IMG/VR virus record: IMGVR_UViG_3300008448_000001
Location: 62,001-126,000 of that record
DNA: 64,000 nt
Direction: 5' to 3' (one strand)
In this document: one piece after another, positions 16,050 through 25,620 of the stretch
How positions within the stretch are numbered: position 1 is the first letter of the stretch
Layout: each line of letters opens with the position of its first letter
Notes under the pieces: model-generated
Database searches by the model: none
What the model was told of the DNA's origin: nothing
The model's input: only the letters and a program-made list of their open reading frames with translations
Program-made: the position numbers and the translations under genes

Positions 16050-17375
16050 ATGCCTGCTATCTACGATGTCGAAACGCTGTGCCTTCTCTATGACAAGTAC
16101 AAAGGCAATCTTGCCGAGATAGCCCGGCACATTAACCGAAGCCGTGGTTATGTGCAAAGAGTCCTCAACCGAGGTGGACGACTGAAGAAAATGCGGGAGG
16201 CCGAGCGTCCCGTGCAGCATGCAGGTAAGAAAGGCCAAGTCGTTGTCGATAAAGCATCGGAAACTGTCGGCATTTCTTACTACGGGGAGGAGGTCAAAAC
16301 CGAAGCGGATTTGATCGCGGCAGCCAAGATCGATATCAATCTTTACGAAATCGAACGCGTTGTCGTGAACAACTGGGAAGTGGCCGGCAAGCAAAAGACA
16401 AAAGATGGCATCTGGAAGACAGGTCTTTTCCAAATTAAAATCTCTCTTCGCCGCAAGTCCGACGAACGGCTCGCCCTTGAAAAGCTGCTTGAGCAAATCA
16501 AGTCAAACAGCAAGGCAAAGACCAAACCGTATCCGAAGTACTCGCGGCCAAAGAACAAGCCACGAAGGTCCCTTGAGATTTGCATCATGGATCCGCACCT
16601 TGGGATGCAGTCCTTCAAGGGCGAGAGCGATCATAACTGGTCGATGGACGAGTGCGAGAACATGTGTCTCTGGTCGGTAGATTACCTCTTATCGCAGGCG
16701 AAGGCTTATGGACCTTTCGAAGAAATTGTTTTTCCTTTCGGCAATGACTTTATGCATCATGACAACTTGTTGCATACGACTACGAAAGGAACTCCACAGC
16801 CGGAGGGCTTGGCATATACGGCGGTTTACGAACGAGCAGTAGATCTGTCTGTGCGTATCGTCGATGTTTTGCGAGAGATTGCGCCAGTTAAAGTTCTGCA
16901 GATACCTGGTAACCATGACCAGGTATCGTCGTTTACCCTAGGTCACGTGCTGAAGGCAAGGTACCACCACGACAAGGCAGTTAGTGTGGATGCCAGCCCT
17001 TCGACCTACAAGTTCTACCACTACGGCACGAACTTGCTTGGCTTTGACCACGGCCACCACATTAAGCCTGTGCGGCTTGCTGCATTGATGGCACACGAAT
17101 GCCGCGATATCTGGGGGCAGACGACCTACCGTGAGTGGCACTTAGGTGATCAGCACCGAAAGGGATCTAGCAACCCGGTAATGCTAGAAGAGCAAGGCGT
17201 GAGCGTGGAATACATGCGGGCATTGACGCCGCCGAATGCTTGGCACCGCTTGAAAGCCTTCAACTGGCAACAGCGAGGATCGACGGGTTTCATTTGGGAT
17301 TACCACACCGGTCCGCTAGCCAGAATCTACGCCAACCTTAACAGTTACACAGGGAGACCTACCGGTGCTAAATAG
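16050..17375 (+). CDS. HTH plus calcineurin-like metallophosphoesterase
   Basis: N-terminal HTH (NLAEIARHINRSRGYV). Motifs DPHLG, GNDFMH, PGNHD, DHGH, HLGDQH. Confidence 0.85.
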   Translation: MPAIYDVETLCLLYDKYKGNLAEIARHINRSRGYVQRVLNRGGRLKKMREAERPVQHAGKKGQVVVDKASETVGISYYGEEVKTEADLIAAAKIDINLYEIERVVVNNWEVAGKQKTKDGIWKTGLFQIKISLRRKSDERLALEKLLEQIKSNSKAKTKPYPKYSRPKNKPRRSLEICIMDPHLGMQSFKGESDHNWSMDECENMCLWSVDYLLSQAKAYGPFEEIVFPFGNDFMHHDNLLHTTTKGTPQPEGLAYTAVYERAVDLSVRIVDVLREIAPVKVLQIPGNHDQVSSFTLGHVLKARYHHDKAVSVDASPSTYKFYHYGTNLLGFDHGHHIKPVRLAALMAHECRDIWGQTTYREWHLGDQHRKGSSNPVMLEEQGVSVEYMRALTPPNAWHRLKAFNWQQRGSTGFIWDYHTGPLARIYANLNSYTGRPTGAK

Positions 17376-17790
17376 CTCCAGCTTAAAAACGCTTTTATGC
17401 CTTTTCGTCATGTACTTGATTGCTTTCGGGTGCTTGTTTTGGCAACCGGCAAAAATTACCCCCGAGCCGGACGATCAGATTGCAGAGAAGGTGCCGGCGG
17501 GTGTTGTCTACGAAGGCGAGCGTTCTAGCGGTTGGTCCAAGGTACGTTCAGCCTATGTTCGGAAGCACCCGACCTGCGAAGCGTGCGGTACGCTTAAGGA
17601 TTTGAACGTGCATCACGTCAAGCCGTTTCACCTGCGACCCGAGCTGGAGTTGGATCCTGGCAACTTGATTACGCTTTGCCGAGAGCATCACTTTTACATT
17701 GGGCACCGCGGGAACTGGTCGAAAGAGAATCCCAACTGCAGGCAAGATGCTGCGAATCTTCTAAAGAGTAAGGCTCTCTCCGGTCGATAG
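17365..17790 (+). CDS. HNH endonuclease with N-terminal hydrophobic helix
   Basis: CEAC…VHHVKP…NLITLCREHH. Residues 9-26 are hydrophobic. Confidence 0.85.
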   Translation: MLNSSSLKTLLCLFVMYLIAFGCLFWQPAKITPEPDDQIAEKVPAGVVYEGERSSGWSKVRSAYVRKHPTCEACGTLKDLNVHHVKPFHLRPELELDPGNLITLCREHHFYIGHRGNWSKENPNCRQDAANLLKSKALSGR

Positions 17791-17807
17791 CGTGATGCGA
17801 GGTTGCT

Positions 17808-18518
17808 GTGGAAAAAGTAAACCGGGCTTACAACAAGGTTCGAAACGAGCTTGCGGAGTTAGGCTTACTTTACGACGGCGTTTACCTTGACAACGTTCGG
17901 CTGGTAATCACGGATCAAAAAAGCGAAGGCGAACGTGGTTTTGTTTTCGAGTCGCTAGGTTGGTACAAAGAGCTTGGCTACGAAAAGGGCGTAATCTATC
18001 TGCCCAAGGATACGCCGCACAAGCCAAACAAGGTGGCTTTCACTCTCTGCGATACGATTCGGCACGAGTACGCACATGCGTGGTACTGTTTAGATCGCGA
18101 GTTCTTCGAGCAAGCTTGGTTCGCCGACTGCTTCGGCGCCGCGTATGCTGAATCCCGTGACGTTGTCTACAAGCGTTGGCTGAAAGAACTGGATGGGAAT
18201 CCGTTGTACGCCCAGGCCAAGGCCAAGTGTCGCACCAAGCGGCAAGTACAGAAGTTGTTTCACGGCTTTCTGCTCGATGAGTTCGTCACGGACTACGCTA
18301 CCACAAACCCCGGAGAAGATTTTGCGGAGACGTTCATGTTGTATTTGCGTTACCGCAACTCTTTGAGTAGATTCTTCAAAAGGCCAGGTGTTCAACGTAA
18401 AATGCTAGGTGTACACTACGCCATTCAATCCGCAGCCGGCAGGCTAAAAAAGTTGAGCGACATACAGAAAAATGCCAAAAGAAAAAGTCCGAAAGGAGGC
18501 GAACCTTGTTCTGGTTGA
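17808..18518 (+). CDS. Zinc metallopeptidase (HExxH)
   Basis: RHEYAH plus YATTNPGEDFAETF third-ligand motif. Confidence 0.8.
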   Translation: MEKVNRAYNKVRNELAELGLLYDGVYLDNVRLVITDQKSEGERGFVFESLGWYKELGYEKGVIYLPKDTPHKPNKVAFTLCDTIRHEYAHAWYCLDREFFEQAWFADCFGAAYAESRDVVYKRWLKELDGNPLYAQAKAKCRTKRQVQKLFHGFLLDEFVTDYATTNPGEDFAETFMLYLRYRNSLSRFFKRPGVQRKMLGVHYAIQSAAGRLKKLSDIQKNAKRKSPKGGEPCSG

Positions 18519-18900
18519 TAATTGCGATTACATCGTTTCCAACCTGAACAAGCTTGCGCGGCTTAAGTTCTCCGGTGTCCGCAAGTCGCCTGTGGTGGCA
18601 CTGGAGCGACTGCTGCGAAAGCAGTGCCCTGTTTCCAGGCCGGTCTCTGTCCGGTATCGCGACCTTTCAAAAGAAGATCTCTGTGGCAGATGCCTTGTTT
18701 TTGCAGATAAAGCCGGTAAGCTCAGTCGTTTTGAGATCGAGATTGATCCGAAACTTCCGGATTTAGTCGTGATTGATAGCTTTATGCACGAGTGGGCCCA
18801 CGTCATGGATTACGATCGCAATGGTTTATCTCGAAAGAGGCATCGGCAAAGCTGGGGTGTGTGTTACGCCCAGGCGTGGAGCTCTTATGCCGACGTCTAG
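18472..18900 (+). CDS. Small SprT-like HExxH metallopeptidase
   Basis: MHEWAH…RHRQSW. Confidence 0.65.
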   Translation: MPKEKVRKEANLVLVDNCDYIVSNLNKLARLKFSGVRKSPVVALERLLRKQCPVSRPVSVRYRDLSKEDLCGRCLVFADKAGKLSRFEIEIDPKLPDLVVIDSFMHEWAHVMDYDRNGLSRKRHRQSWGVCYAQAWSSYADV

Positions 18901-18922
18901 TGAATTCAACAGGTAGCAACCA

Positions 18923-19735
18923 ATGACATTAAGCAGTCCTCTCGTTTCTTGCGTTTTGCCTTTTACAAACCCTTCAAGACTGAGTCTAGTACGCAAGGCA
19001 GTTAACAACTTCATCTTTCAACGCTACACGCCTTACGAGTTGCTTATCGTTAACGGCACGGGTCAAAGCGTTCTGACAAACTCGGACATGGATTCAGAGC
19101 CGTATGTTGCGGCGGGATGCTCGGTCAAAGAGATTCAGGCCGCCTCCGGGTTGAACGCGGCACAGATGCGAAACATCGCACTGCTAGAGCACGCCAAGGG
19201 CGATTACGTTATCTGTATCGACGATGACGACTACTTCCACCCGGACCGGCTGCTGCACCAGATGGCCCATCGCCCGCCAACAGGTACTTGTTTGCTGAAG
19301 CACCAGTTGCGAGTTGATCTGACTGGCGTTCTTTTTGCAGATAGTCAAGCTGCAGACCTTGTGACAAACAGTGCGCCGAAACTGCATCTTTTGACCAAGA
19401 ACGAAGGTATCGCGTCTACCGCCTTATTTCCGCGATTGGACTTGCTTGGAAACCCTTGGACCTTTAACGAAGATTTGACTTCTGGCGAGCATATTGAGTT
19501 GGTCAATTCAATGCGACTTAATTCAGTTGTAAGCATTTTCGACAACAGACACACGCCGTTTAATGCTGGATCCAACTTGCCCTTATTGTCGGTTGCAATG
19601 TATCACGGCGGAAACGAACTGAGCTACGCGGATTTCTTTGAGCCGACAGACGCTGAACCGTCTTCCAGCTTGAACCCGGGCGACATTGAGTTTCTGAAAA
19701 CAATTCTTCGCTCTTACAACTTTCAAGTGAACTAG
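18923..19735 (+). CDS. GT2 (GT-A) glycosyltransferase
   Basis: PLVSCVLP, ELLIVN, RNIAL…AKGDYVICIDDDDYFHPDRL. Confidence 0.9.
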   Translation: MTLSSPLVSCVLPFTNPSRLSLVRKAVNNFIFQRYTPYELLIVNGTGQSVLTNSDMDSEPYVAAGCSVKEIQAASGLNAAQMRNIALLEHAKGDYVICIDDDDYFHPDRLLHQMAHRPPTGTCLLKHQLRVDLTGVLFADSQAADLVTNSAPKLHLLTKNEGIASTALFPRLDLLGNPWTFNEDLTSGEHIELVNSMRLNSVVSIFDNRHTPFNAGSNLPLLSVAMYHGGNELSYADFFEPTDAEPSSSLNPGDIEFLKTILRSYNFQVN

Positions 19736-19737
19736 CT

Positions 19738-20490
19738 ATGGCGTGGTTCGAGTCGGTCCAACGATCTATTTTAAACGTGGTAGTGATCGGCAATGATTGC
19801 TCCGGGTCGGGGTTAATACAGCATGCTTTAGCACGACACCCGAAAGCCGTTTGCCATAGCAGCCTGTTTCACCCAAACAGAGCGGTACGGAGGGAAAGTC
19901 ACGAGCGTTATTTCGGTAGACCGGAAAGCGAAAACGTGATTGACTGGTATGAGCCGGCCTCCATCAGTGTTGAGCACTATTTGAACAACAAGATCTTTGA
20001 CAATGCCTTGCGGGAAGAGTCGGTGATAGGCGTGCGGGTACCGTGCGAGACGCTGCTTAGAAACGAGCTCGACGCTTACTTCAAGCAACGCTGTGACGAT
20101 GGCAAGCTTTCCATGATCCACGTCTACCGTAACCCAATCGCTTGCTTCATTGCTCGAGAGCAGCGTCGGCTTAAAACGACAAACGCTGTGTATGTAGCCC
20201 CGCAGGAAATCACCGATTACGTCCGAAAGCACAATGTTGCAACGCTTCGACTGCGAGATATCTTTTCCGATTACTTGGAGTTTAATTTTCACGAGGTTTT
20301 GCTCGATTACACCCAGGCCGTGAAACATGTCTGCCAATTTCTTGAGCTTCCCTTTACCCCGGACCTGGTTAACCGTGAGCTTATGGCGTATCATCGAAGC
20401 AATCGCTACAGCGTCATCAACTGGAAAGAGCTACTGACAAAGTGTGACGCTGAGGTTAGGGAGCAACTGGAGAACGCTGACTTTTTTTGA
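19738..20490 (+). CDS. Sulfotransferase-like protein (Stf0-like)
   Basis: VVIGNDCSGSGLIQHALARHP, IHVYRNP, VCQFLEL. Confidence 0.65.
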   Translation: MAWFESVQRSILNVVVIGNDCSGSGLIQHALARHPKAVCHSSLFHPNRAVRRESHERYFGRPESENVIDWYEPASISVEHYLNNKIFDNALREESVIGVRVPCETLLRNELDAYFKQRCDDGKLSMIHVYRNPIACFIAREQRRLKTTNAVYVAPQEITDYVRKHNVATLRLRDIFSDYLEFNFHEVLLDYTQAVKHVCQFLELPFTPDLVNRELMAYHRSNRYSVINWKELLTKCDAEVREQLENADFF

Positions 20491-20499
20491 AAGGCAATC

Positions 20500-21129
20500 A
20501 TGCTAGTCAACAACACGTGTAGCAAACCTTGGATGTACATGGAGGTGCCAAGGACGGCAAGCACGACGATCGAGAAATGTTTGCGTGCCGTTTATCCTGC
20601 CTCTTTCGCGCTGTACCAAAAGCACTGGCCCATAAGCACTCCGGAGGTCCGATTCGCCAACTGGCGGATTACCTCTGTTCGCAATCCTTTTAGCCGTGCG
20701 GTGAGCTGCTGGCAGTTCTTCACTGTGCCTGGCACGATCAGCTTTGAAGATTGGCTTTTGCAGGTCAAGAAAGAAGGTTTTATCGAGCACAACATCGAGG
20801 CCAGGCCGCAAGCTTTCTGGCTAAGTTTAAACAGCTGGGATTTGTGGATTCGGTTTGAGTTCTTAAAAACGGATTTAGAAGCGGTTTTCAAGATACTGGG
20901 GGCTGTGAACCAGACCGTAACGCAGGCTATCCCGCACCACAACGCGATCGGCGGCCCTTGGTTTAACCGCAGGGGCAAGTCTACGGTCGGTTTGCGATCT
21001 AAGCCGTGGCACGCCTTTTACAGCGAAAACACGATTCAGCTGGTTCGAGACGTTTACGCAGTAGACTTCGAGAAGCTGCAGAATTTTTATTCTGACAAAA
21101 TTGAGGATGCAATCCGCGATGATAGTTAA
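20500..21129 (+). CDS. Sulfotransferase family 2 protein
   Basis: EVPRTASTTI (PAPS loop), SVRNPFSRAVS, RPQ, IRFE, C-terminal YAVDF. Confidence 0.85.
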   Translation: MLVNNTCSKPWMYMEVPRTASTTIEKCLRAVYPASFALYQKHWPISTPEVRFANWRITSVRNPFSRAVSCWQFFTVPGTISFEDWLLQVKKEGFIEHNIEARPQAFWLSLNSWDLWIRFEFLKTDLEAVFKILGAVNQTVTQAIPHHNAIGGPWFNRRGKSTVGLRSKPWHAFYSENTIQLVRDVYAVDFEKLQNFYSDKIEDAIRDDS

Positions 21130-21721
21130 CAAACACGACCTCACCAGAGCTCGCTACAACCACTTGGTGGATGAGCTACCGCCGCTTTCATGGGATTACG
21201 GTATTCCCGCTGAGGCTTTAAACAGCAAGCTGTCCGAAGAAGAGATTTTCGAGCTGCTTAAGGCCGCGTATCTGGCCAAGGGAAAAAGACTTGGAGGAAA
21301 GCCGTCGGAGGACGACTACCTGGCTAACGCGAGATATGAGCTTTTTCTGCAACTGCTGGCCGCTTCAGACGCCGAGCTAGTTTACTCGCACAATCAAGTC
21401 GAAAGCCGAAAGGCCGCTGTTTGCAGCGAAGAAACAAATTGGGTGGCGGAAGTTCCAACGCCGAGTGCTGCGAGGTTGCAACTGGAAGGCGTTTACCTGG
21501 TCCATGGAAACAACTGGAATGGTTTCTGCGAACGCAAGCTAGAGGTAGCAAACGGGCCAGCGACTTTCAGCCTGCCTGCAGACTATAAGCCACAGGCCGA
21601 GGCGTCCTCGATGGACGGCAACGTATTTTTCTTGGAGGCTAGATTTAAAAACTCGACAGGAACCCGGGCTGAGTCTCTTCCAGCGAGAGCAATTCCGGAG
21701 AAATTAAAAATTGATAACTAA
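21119..21721 (+). CDS. Hypothetical protein, N-terminal domain paralogous to the next gene
   Basis: LPPLSWDYGIP…IFELLKAAYL…YSHNQ. Confidence 0.65.
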   Translation: MIVNKHDLTRARYNHLVDELPPLSWDYGIPAEALNSKLSEEEIFELLKAAYLAKGKRLGGKPSEDDYLANARYELFLQLLAASDAELVYSHNQVESRKAAVCSEETNWVAEVPTPSAARLQLEGVYLVHGNNWNGFCERKLEVANGPATFSLPADYKPQAEASSMDGNVFFLEARFKNSTGTRAESLPARAIPEKLKIDN

Positions 21722-21998
21722 CGAGCATGGCGGTTCTGCTACTAGAAGCCTGCCACCAACTGGCGGAGACTACGGCATACCGGATACGGTATACGATAAA
21801 AGCCTCACCCGTGGACAAATCTTCGATATTTTGTTGGCTAGCTACCTCTCTGACGCCAACAAGCAATGGTTGAAGGTGGGTGACGACCCTTTAGAGCAAG
21901 TTAAGTTCGAGGTCGGCATGTGCGTAACGGCGGATGTCGATGCGGGTACTATTTATTGGCACAATCAACTTGACGGGCGGGAGAAAACAAAGGCATAG
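21711..21998 (+). CDS. Hypothetical protein, paralog of the upstream N-terminal domain
   Basis: LPPTGGDYGIP…IFDILLASYL…YWHNQ. Confidence 0.65.
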   Translation: MITNEHGGSATRSLPPTGGDYGIPDTVYDKSLTRGQIFDILLASYLSDANKQWLKVGDDPLEQVKFEVGMCVTADVDAGTIYWHNQLDGREKTKA

Positions 21999-22271
21999 AT
22001 TCAGACGGATACGAAACAGGTTCTATCGACTTTTTGTGTGTTTGAGGGATATAATTTTCCCTTAGTGACTTTGCCAGGGGTGCTGGCAGGTTAGAGGCCG
22101 GTTGTTGCAAGGATTTGCGACATAAAAGCCGGCTTGGCAGCTGCCAGTAGAGAATGCAGGCAGCGGGTGGTGTCTTGGTCGCACCTTATGACCGAGACAA
22201 ATGTACGTTGAATCGTACACGGTTCCGGGGAAGGGGATCCCGGAGGGTCACTTTAACACACGAGGTCAAAC

Positions 22272-22784
22272 ATGTCAGACGAAAGCCAGTCGGCGGTTGA
22301 ACCCATTTCAGCGATTCAAAAAAAGCTTCGAACGTACCGCGCCGAAAGTGCGGTGCAGTCCGAGACAATTGACTTGCCAATGTCTGAAGTTCTTCGATTG
22401 CTGACGGACATTACGGATCACTTCAGTCGTGCCGTTCAGATTGAAAGCGACGACTATCGTGAAATCACAAAACGGCTGGCAAAGATCGAGTCTGATGTTT
22501 CCCACATTCAAAGCAATGCGGCACACATTCAAAGTGACGTCAGAACGCTTTGCAAGCTTGTGCGAGACGGTAACGGACAACCGTCCTTGCTGGAGCGTAT
22601 CTCGCATGTCGAGACAACGGTGAAAACGCACAGCCACGAGCTTTCGCAGGTTGCCAACCATGCAAACGCGATCATCGCTTCGAAGTACATGACGAAAGCA
22701 CAGATTGTTGCCGGCCTGCTCGGCATGATCGTAACGGCGTTAATCTCTGCGCTTTCTTTGGCCGCTACGTTGATGAAACCTTAA
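22272..22784 (+). CDS. Coiled-coil protein with C-terminal transmembrane helix
   Basis: Heptad pattern, GNGQPSL turn, hydrophobic C-terminus. Confidence 0.7.
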   Translation: MSDESQSAVEPISAIQKKLRTYRAESAVQSETIDLPMSEVLRLLTDITDHFSRAVQIESDDYREITKRLAKIESDVSHIQSNAAHIQSDVRTLCKLVRDGNGQPSLLERISHVETTVKTHSHELSQVANHANAIIASKYMTKAQIVAGLLGMIVTALISALSLAATLMKP

Positions 22785-22785
22785 G

Positions 22786-23343
22786 ATGCTTTCAATTACA
22801 GGTCTACCCGATGAAAAGCACTTCTTCTTGTACGAGTGCGGCCATGACGCAGAAAAGCGAGCGGCGGTAGAGCTCAACGGTTTGTTGCAGGCTGCTGGTT
22901 CGGGATATCTGCTTCTAAGCGTCCCGACAGCTATGGTGCGAGGCGTGTTTGATGCCTTGCATGAGCCGGGCATTACCTTCCCGTCGGAAGTCGACGGTCT
23001 ACGGGCAGGCATTGTTGTCATGACGCCCGATGAGCTCGAGTCGGTAGGCGGTGCGAGCAAGATATCGGAACGAGGTAAGCCCTTTCGCTATCAGCTCGGG
23101 GACTTACAAGAAATGCCAGCTAAGGGGTGGGCTGGTATTTCGGCGTGTTGGCATTTGCGTGTAAAATCTCCGGAGCTTGCGAAGCTGCGTAAGTCGTACG
23201 GCTTGCCGGAAAAGATCGAAGGTCAATCCGACTTCTCGATCGTGGTTGCCTGCCGCAAGGTGGGAGTTCTGTCGGCAAATGCAGTCAGCAAGGTAGAGCA
23301 CATTAACCCAAGTATTCTCCCTGCCTGGACAAGGCCTAACTGA
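22786..23343 (+). CDS. 2H-phosphoesterase-like protein lacking both catalytic His
   Basis: Pattern YLLLSVP…AGIVVM…W.LRVKSPELAKLRKSYGL…FSIVVA resembles phage 2H proteins, but the HxS/T motifs are replaced. Confidence 0.5.
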   Translation: MLSITGLPDEKHFFLYECGHDAEKRAAVELNGLLQAAGSGYLLLSVPTAMVRGVFDALHEPGITFPSEVDGLRAGIVVMTPDELESVGGASKISERGKPFRYQLGDLQEMPAKGWAGISACWHLRVKSPELAKLRKSYGLPEKIEGQSDFSIVVACRKVGVLSANAVSKVEHINPSILPAWTRPN

Positions 23344-23351
23344 GGTAAAAG

Positions 23352-23705
23352 ATGAGCGAAGAAGTAAACGAAGAACGTGTGGATTTGTCGACCGACTTCG
23401 GTAAAAAATTGCCTGTTTTTATCGAACTTTACACCGATGCCGACGGCACGCCCATGGTTAAGCTTAAAGCTAAAGACATGGCCGATTTTACGAACGAGAG
23501 GATAATTGACTGCTTGGCGCGCTATGATAGTGATTGTCAGGGTGAGACGCCGAAGTACCTTTACCTGTCTAAAAGCGCCGCAGATATTCTATTTTTTCGT
23601 ATGCCGGATTTTGGACCGCCGTTAGAAACCGGCATGTCAAGGTACGGTTGTGAACTCATTGTCGACACCGAAAGGGCTGATTACGCGGTGGGTTATTGCG
23701 ACTAA
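23352..23705 (+). CDS. Acidic hypothetical protein
   Basis: ORF with SD GAGG. Confidence 0.6.
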   Translation: MSEEVNEERVDLSTDFGKKLPVFIELYTDADGTPMVKLKAKDMADFTNERIIDCLARYDSDCQGETPKYLYLSKSAADILFFRMPDFGPPLETGMSRYGCELIVDTERADYAVGYCD

Positions 23706-24158
23706 ATGAGCTTTCTATCCCAGCGTCTACCTGCCGAACCGGATCTAATTGCCGACGCACTTAAGTTGGCGATGGACAGCCTTGTAAAGACTGCAAGCCA
23801 AGGCTGGTACATTGCAACCTCTGACATTGCCGGGAAGGGCGTATTTGCCGCTAAGGATTACGCCAAAGGGGACAGCATTGGACTTGCTATGACGCAGGGG
23901 GACAAAGACGAGTTTGACTCCCAGTGTTGGAACATCACTGCACTTGCACGTTATTGCAATCACCAGCAGAACAGCAACGTGGAAGTGCGAAAGGAAGGCG
24001 ACCGTTTTGATTTGGTTGCTACTCGGCCTATCGAGGAAGACGAGGAGTTGGTGTCGGATTACCGACAAGTGACAAGGGCTGTTGGCCCGAGGTCAAGAAT
24101 GCAATGGGACGGCGAAGACGTGCCCAGTACTGATTTTGAAGACTACGTTGAACGATGA
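23706..24158 (+). CDS. SET-domain protein lysine methyltransferase
   Basis: GKGVFA, ARYCNHQQNSN (RFxNH-like) and ATRPIEEDEELVSDY (ELxxDY) motifs. Confidence 0.9.
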   Translation: MSFLSQRLPAEPDLIADALKLAMDSLVKTASQGWYIATSDIAGKGVFAAKDYAKGDSIGLAMTQGDKDEFDSQCWNITALARYCNHQQNSNVEVRKEGDRFDLVATRPIEEDEELVSDYRQVTRAVGPRSRMQWDGEDVPSTDFEDYVER

Positions 24159-24730
24159 AAATCTTAGAGATAGGCCCCGGTACCGTTGATGCAAAGTCCG
24201 TTGTGTTTCCGGGAGCGGATACCCTTGATGGTGTTGTCGGCAATCCGACTTACAAAGCATCGTGGGGGAAAACGGCGTTGCCGATTGAAAGTGAAACCTA
24301 CGACAGGGTATTCGCTTCACACGTTCTTGAGCATGTTCCATGGTATCGCGTTAAATTTGCGCTGACAGAAGCCCACCGCATTTTGAAACCTGGCGGTGAA
24401 TTGGAGATCTATGTGCCTGACTTCGAAGCAATTGTTCGAAGCTATCTTGCTAAGCAGTGTGGCGACAAATGGCGTGTTTTTAACCCCGACAACGATTACA
24501 TGACGTGGGTTAACGGTAGGATTTTCACGTACGGCGAAGACGCAACCGAACTCTTGTCGGCGGTGAGGCCCATACCGCAGACGCACCACAAGACTGTTTT
24601 CGACGCTAGGTACTTGACACAGCTTGTGCGGCAGTCAAACTTCAGCAGAGTAAAGACGCTTACCGCGAGAGTTCACGGCAAAGCGCACAGTGTCCCCGAG
24701 GTCGGAGTGATCGGATACAAAGCATGCTGA
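24155..24730 (+). CDS. Class I SAM methyltransferase
   Basis: ILEIGPG, YDRVFASHVLEH, RILKPGG, VPD. Confidence 0.9.
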   Translation: MKILEIGPGTVDAKSVVFPGADTLDGVVGNPTYKASWGKTALPIESETYDRVFASHVLEHVPWYRVKFALTEAHRILKPGGELEIYVPDFEAIVRSYLAKQCGDKWRVFNPDNDYMTWVNGRIFTYGEDATELLSAVRPIPQTHHKTVFDARYLTQLVRQSNFSRVKTLTARVHGKAHSVPEVGVIGYKAC

Positions 24731-25620
24731 ACTTTGTCACTTGGAATGCGTTCTTTCAAGACGTTGTCGCTTTCGAGCGAAGTCTTCCACAGTTCGATGC
24801 CGTTTGCGGTGTACCTCGCAGCGGTTTGTTTCCTGCCACGTACATTGCGACAACGCGAAACATAAGGCTTGTTGACTATAACACGTTGTTGGAACAGCCG
24901 AGCCGGGCCATGGCTGAAGCTACGGACTCCCTCAGGCAGACAAACCCACTCGTTCGAAGCGATAAACCTGTCGGCAACCGCCTGCTTGTCATTGACGACT
25001 CTTCTTCTGCCGCCAGCGTGACAATGCGGTATACCAGAGAATTGCTGGCAGCCCAGTCGCAAGATTTGAATCTAGAAGTCACTTACGCAGCGGTTTACCG
25101 AGAATCCGAAAAAAGCAAAGTAGATTTGTGGCACAAGGAGATCGCACAACCTCGAGTATTCGAGTGGAACTGGATTCGCAACTGGCGAATGACTTCGTCG
25201 CTGTTTGACATGGACGGGGTGCTGTGCGAGGACTGGGTCGGAAACGAAGTCGTAGATGGAGTTCGTTACAAGAAGCATCTGTTGGAAGCCAAGCCTCTTT
25301 ACATTCCGCAGGTTCCGATTCATGCGATAGTAACCGGACGGCTTGAGAAGTACCGTAGCGAAACCGCAGATTGGCTCATGCGACACGGGGTAGCTTACAG
25401 GTATTTGTTCATGCACCCGGCTGCAACACCGCAGGAGCGTCAGCGTGCAGGCGATCACGCGGCACGTAAAGCGGAAGTCTATACGAACCATCCTAAAGCT
25501 ATTGTCTTCGTGGAAAGCTGCTTGAAACAGTCGCAGCAGATTGCAGAAGCAACGCAACGGCCTGTTCTGTGCACAAATGGCGGTCTTTCCAGTTTCGCAT
25601 TCTTTCGCGGCCATGCTTGA
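24724..25620 (+). CDS. Phosphoribosyltransferase-like plus HAD phosphatase fusion
   Basis: GVPRSG and LLVIDDS (PRT). FDMDGVL and IVTGR (HAD). Confidence 0.8.
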   Translation: MLNFVTWNAFFQDVVAFERSLPQFDAVCGVPRSGLFPATYIATTRNIRLVDYNTLLEQPSRAMAEATDSLRQTNPLVRSDKPVGNRLLVIDDSSSAASVTMRYTRELLAAQSQDLNLEVTYAAVYRESEKSKVDLWHKEIAQPRVFEWNWIRNWRMTSSLFDMDGVLCEDWVGNEVVDGVRYKKHLLEAKPLYIPQVPIHAIVTGRLEKYRSETADWLMRHGVAYRYLFMHPAATPQERQRAGDHAARKAEVYTNHPKAIVFVESCLKQSQQIAEATQRPVLCTNGGLSSFAFFRGHA

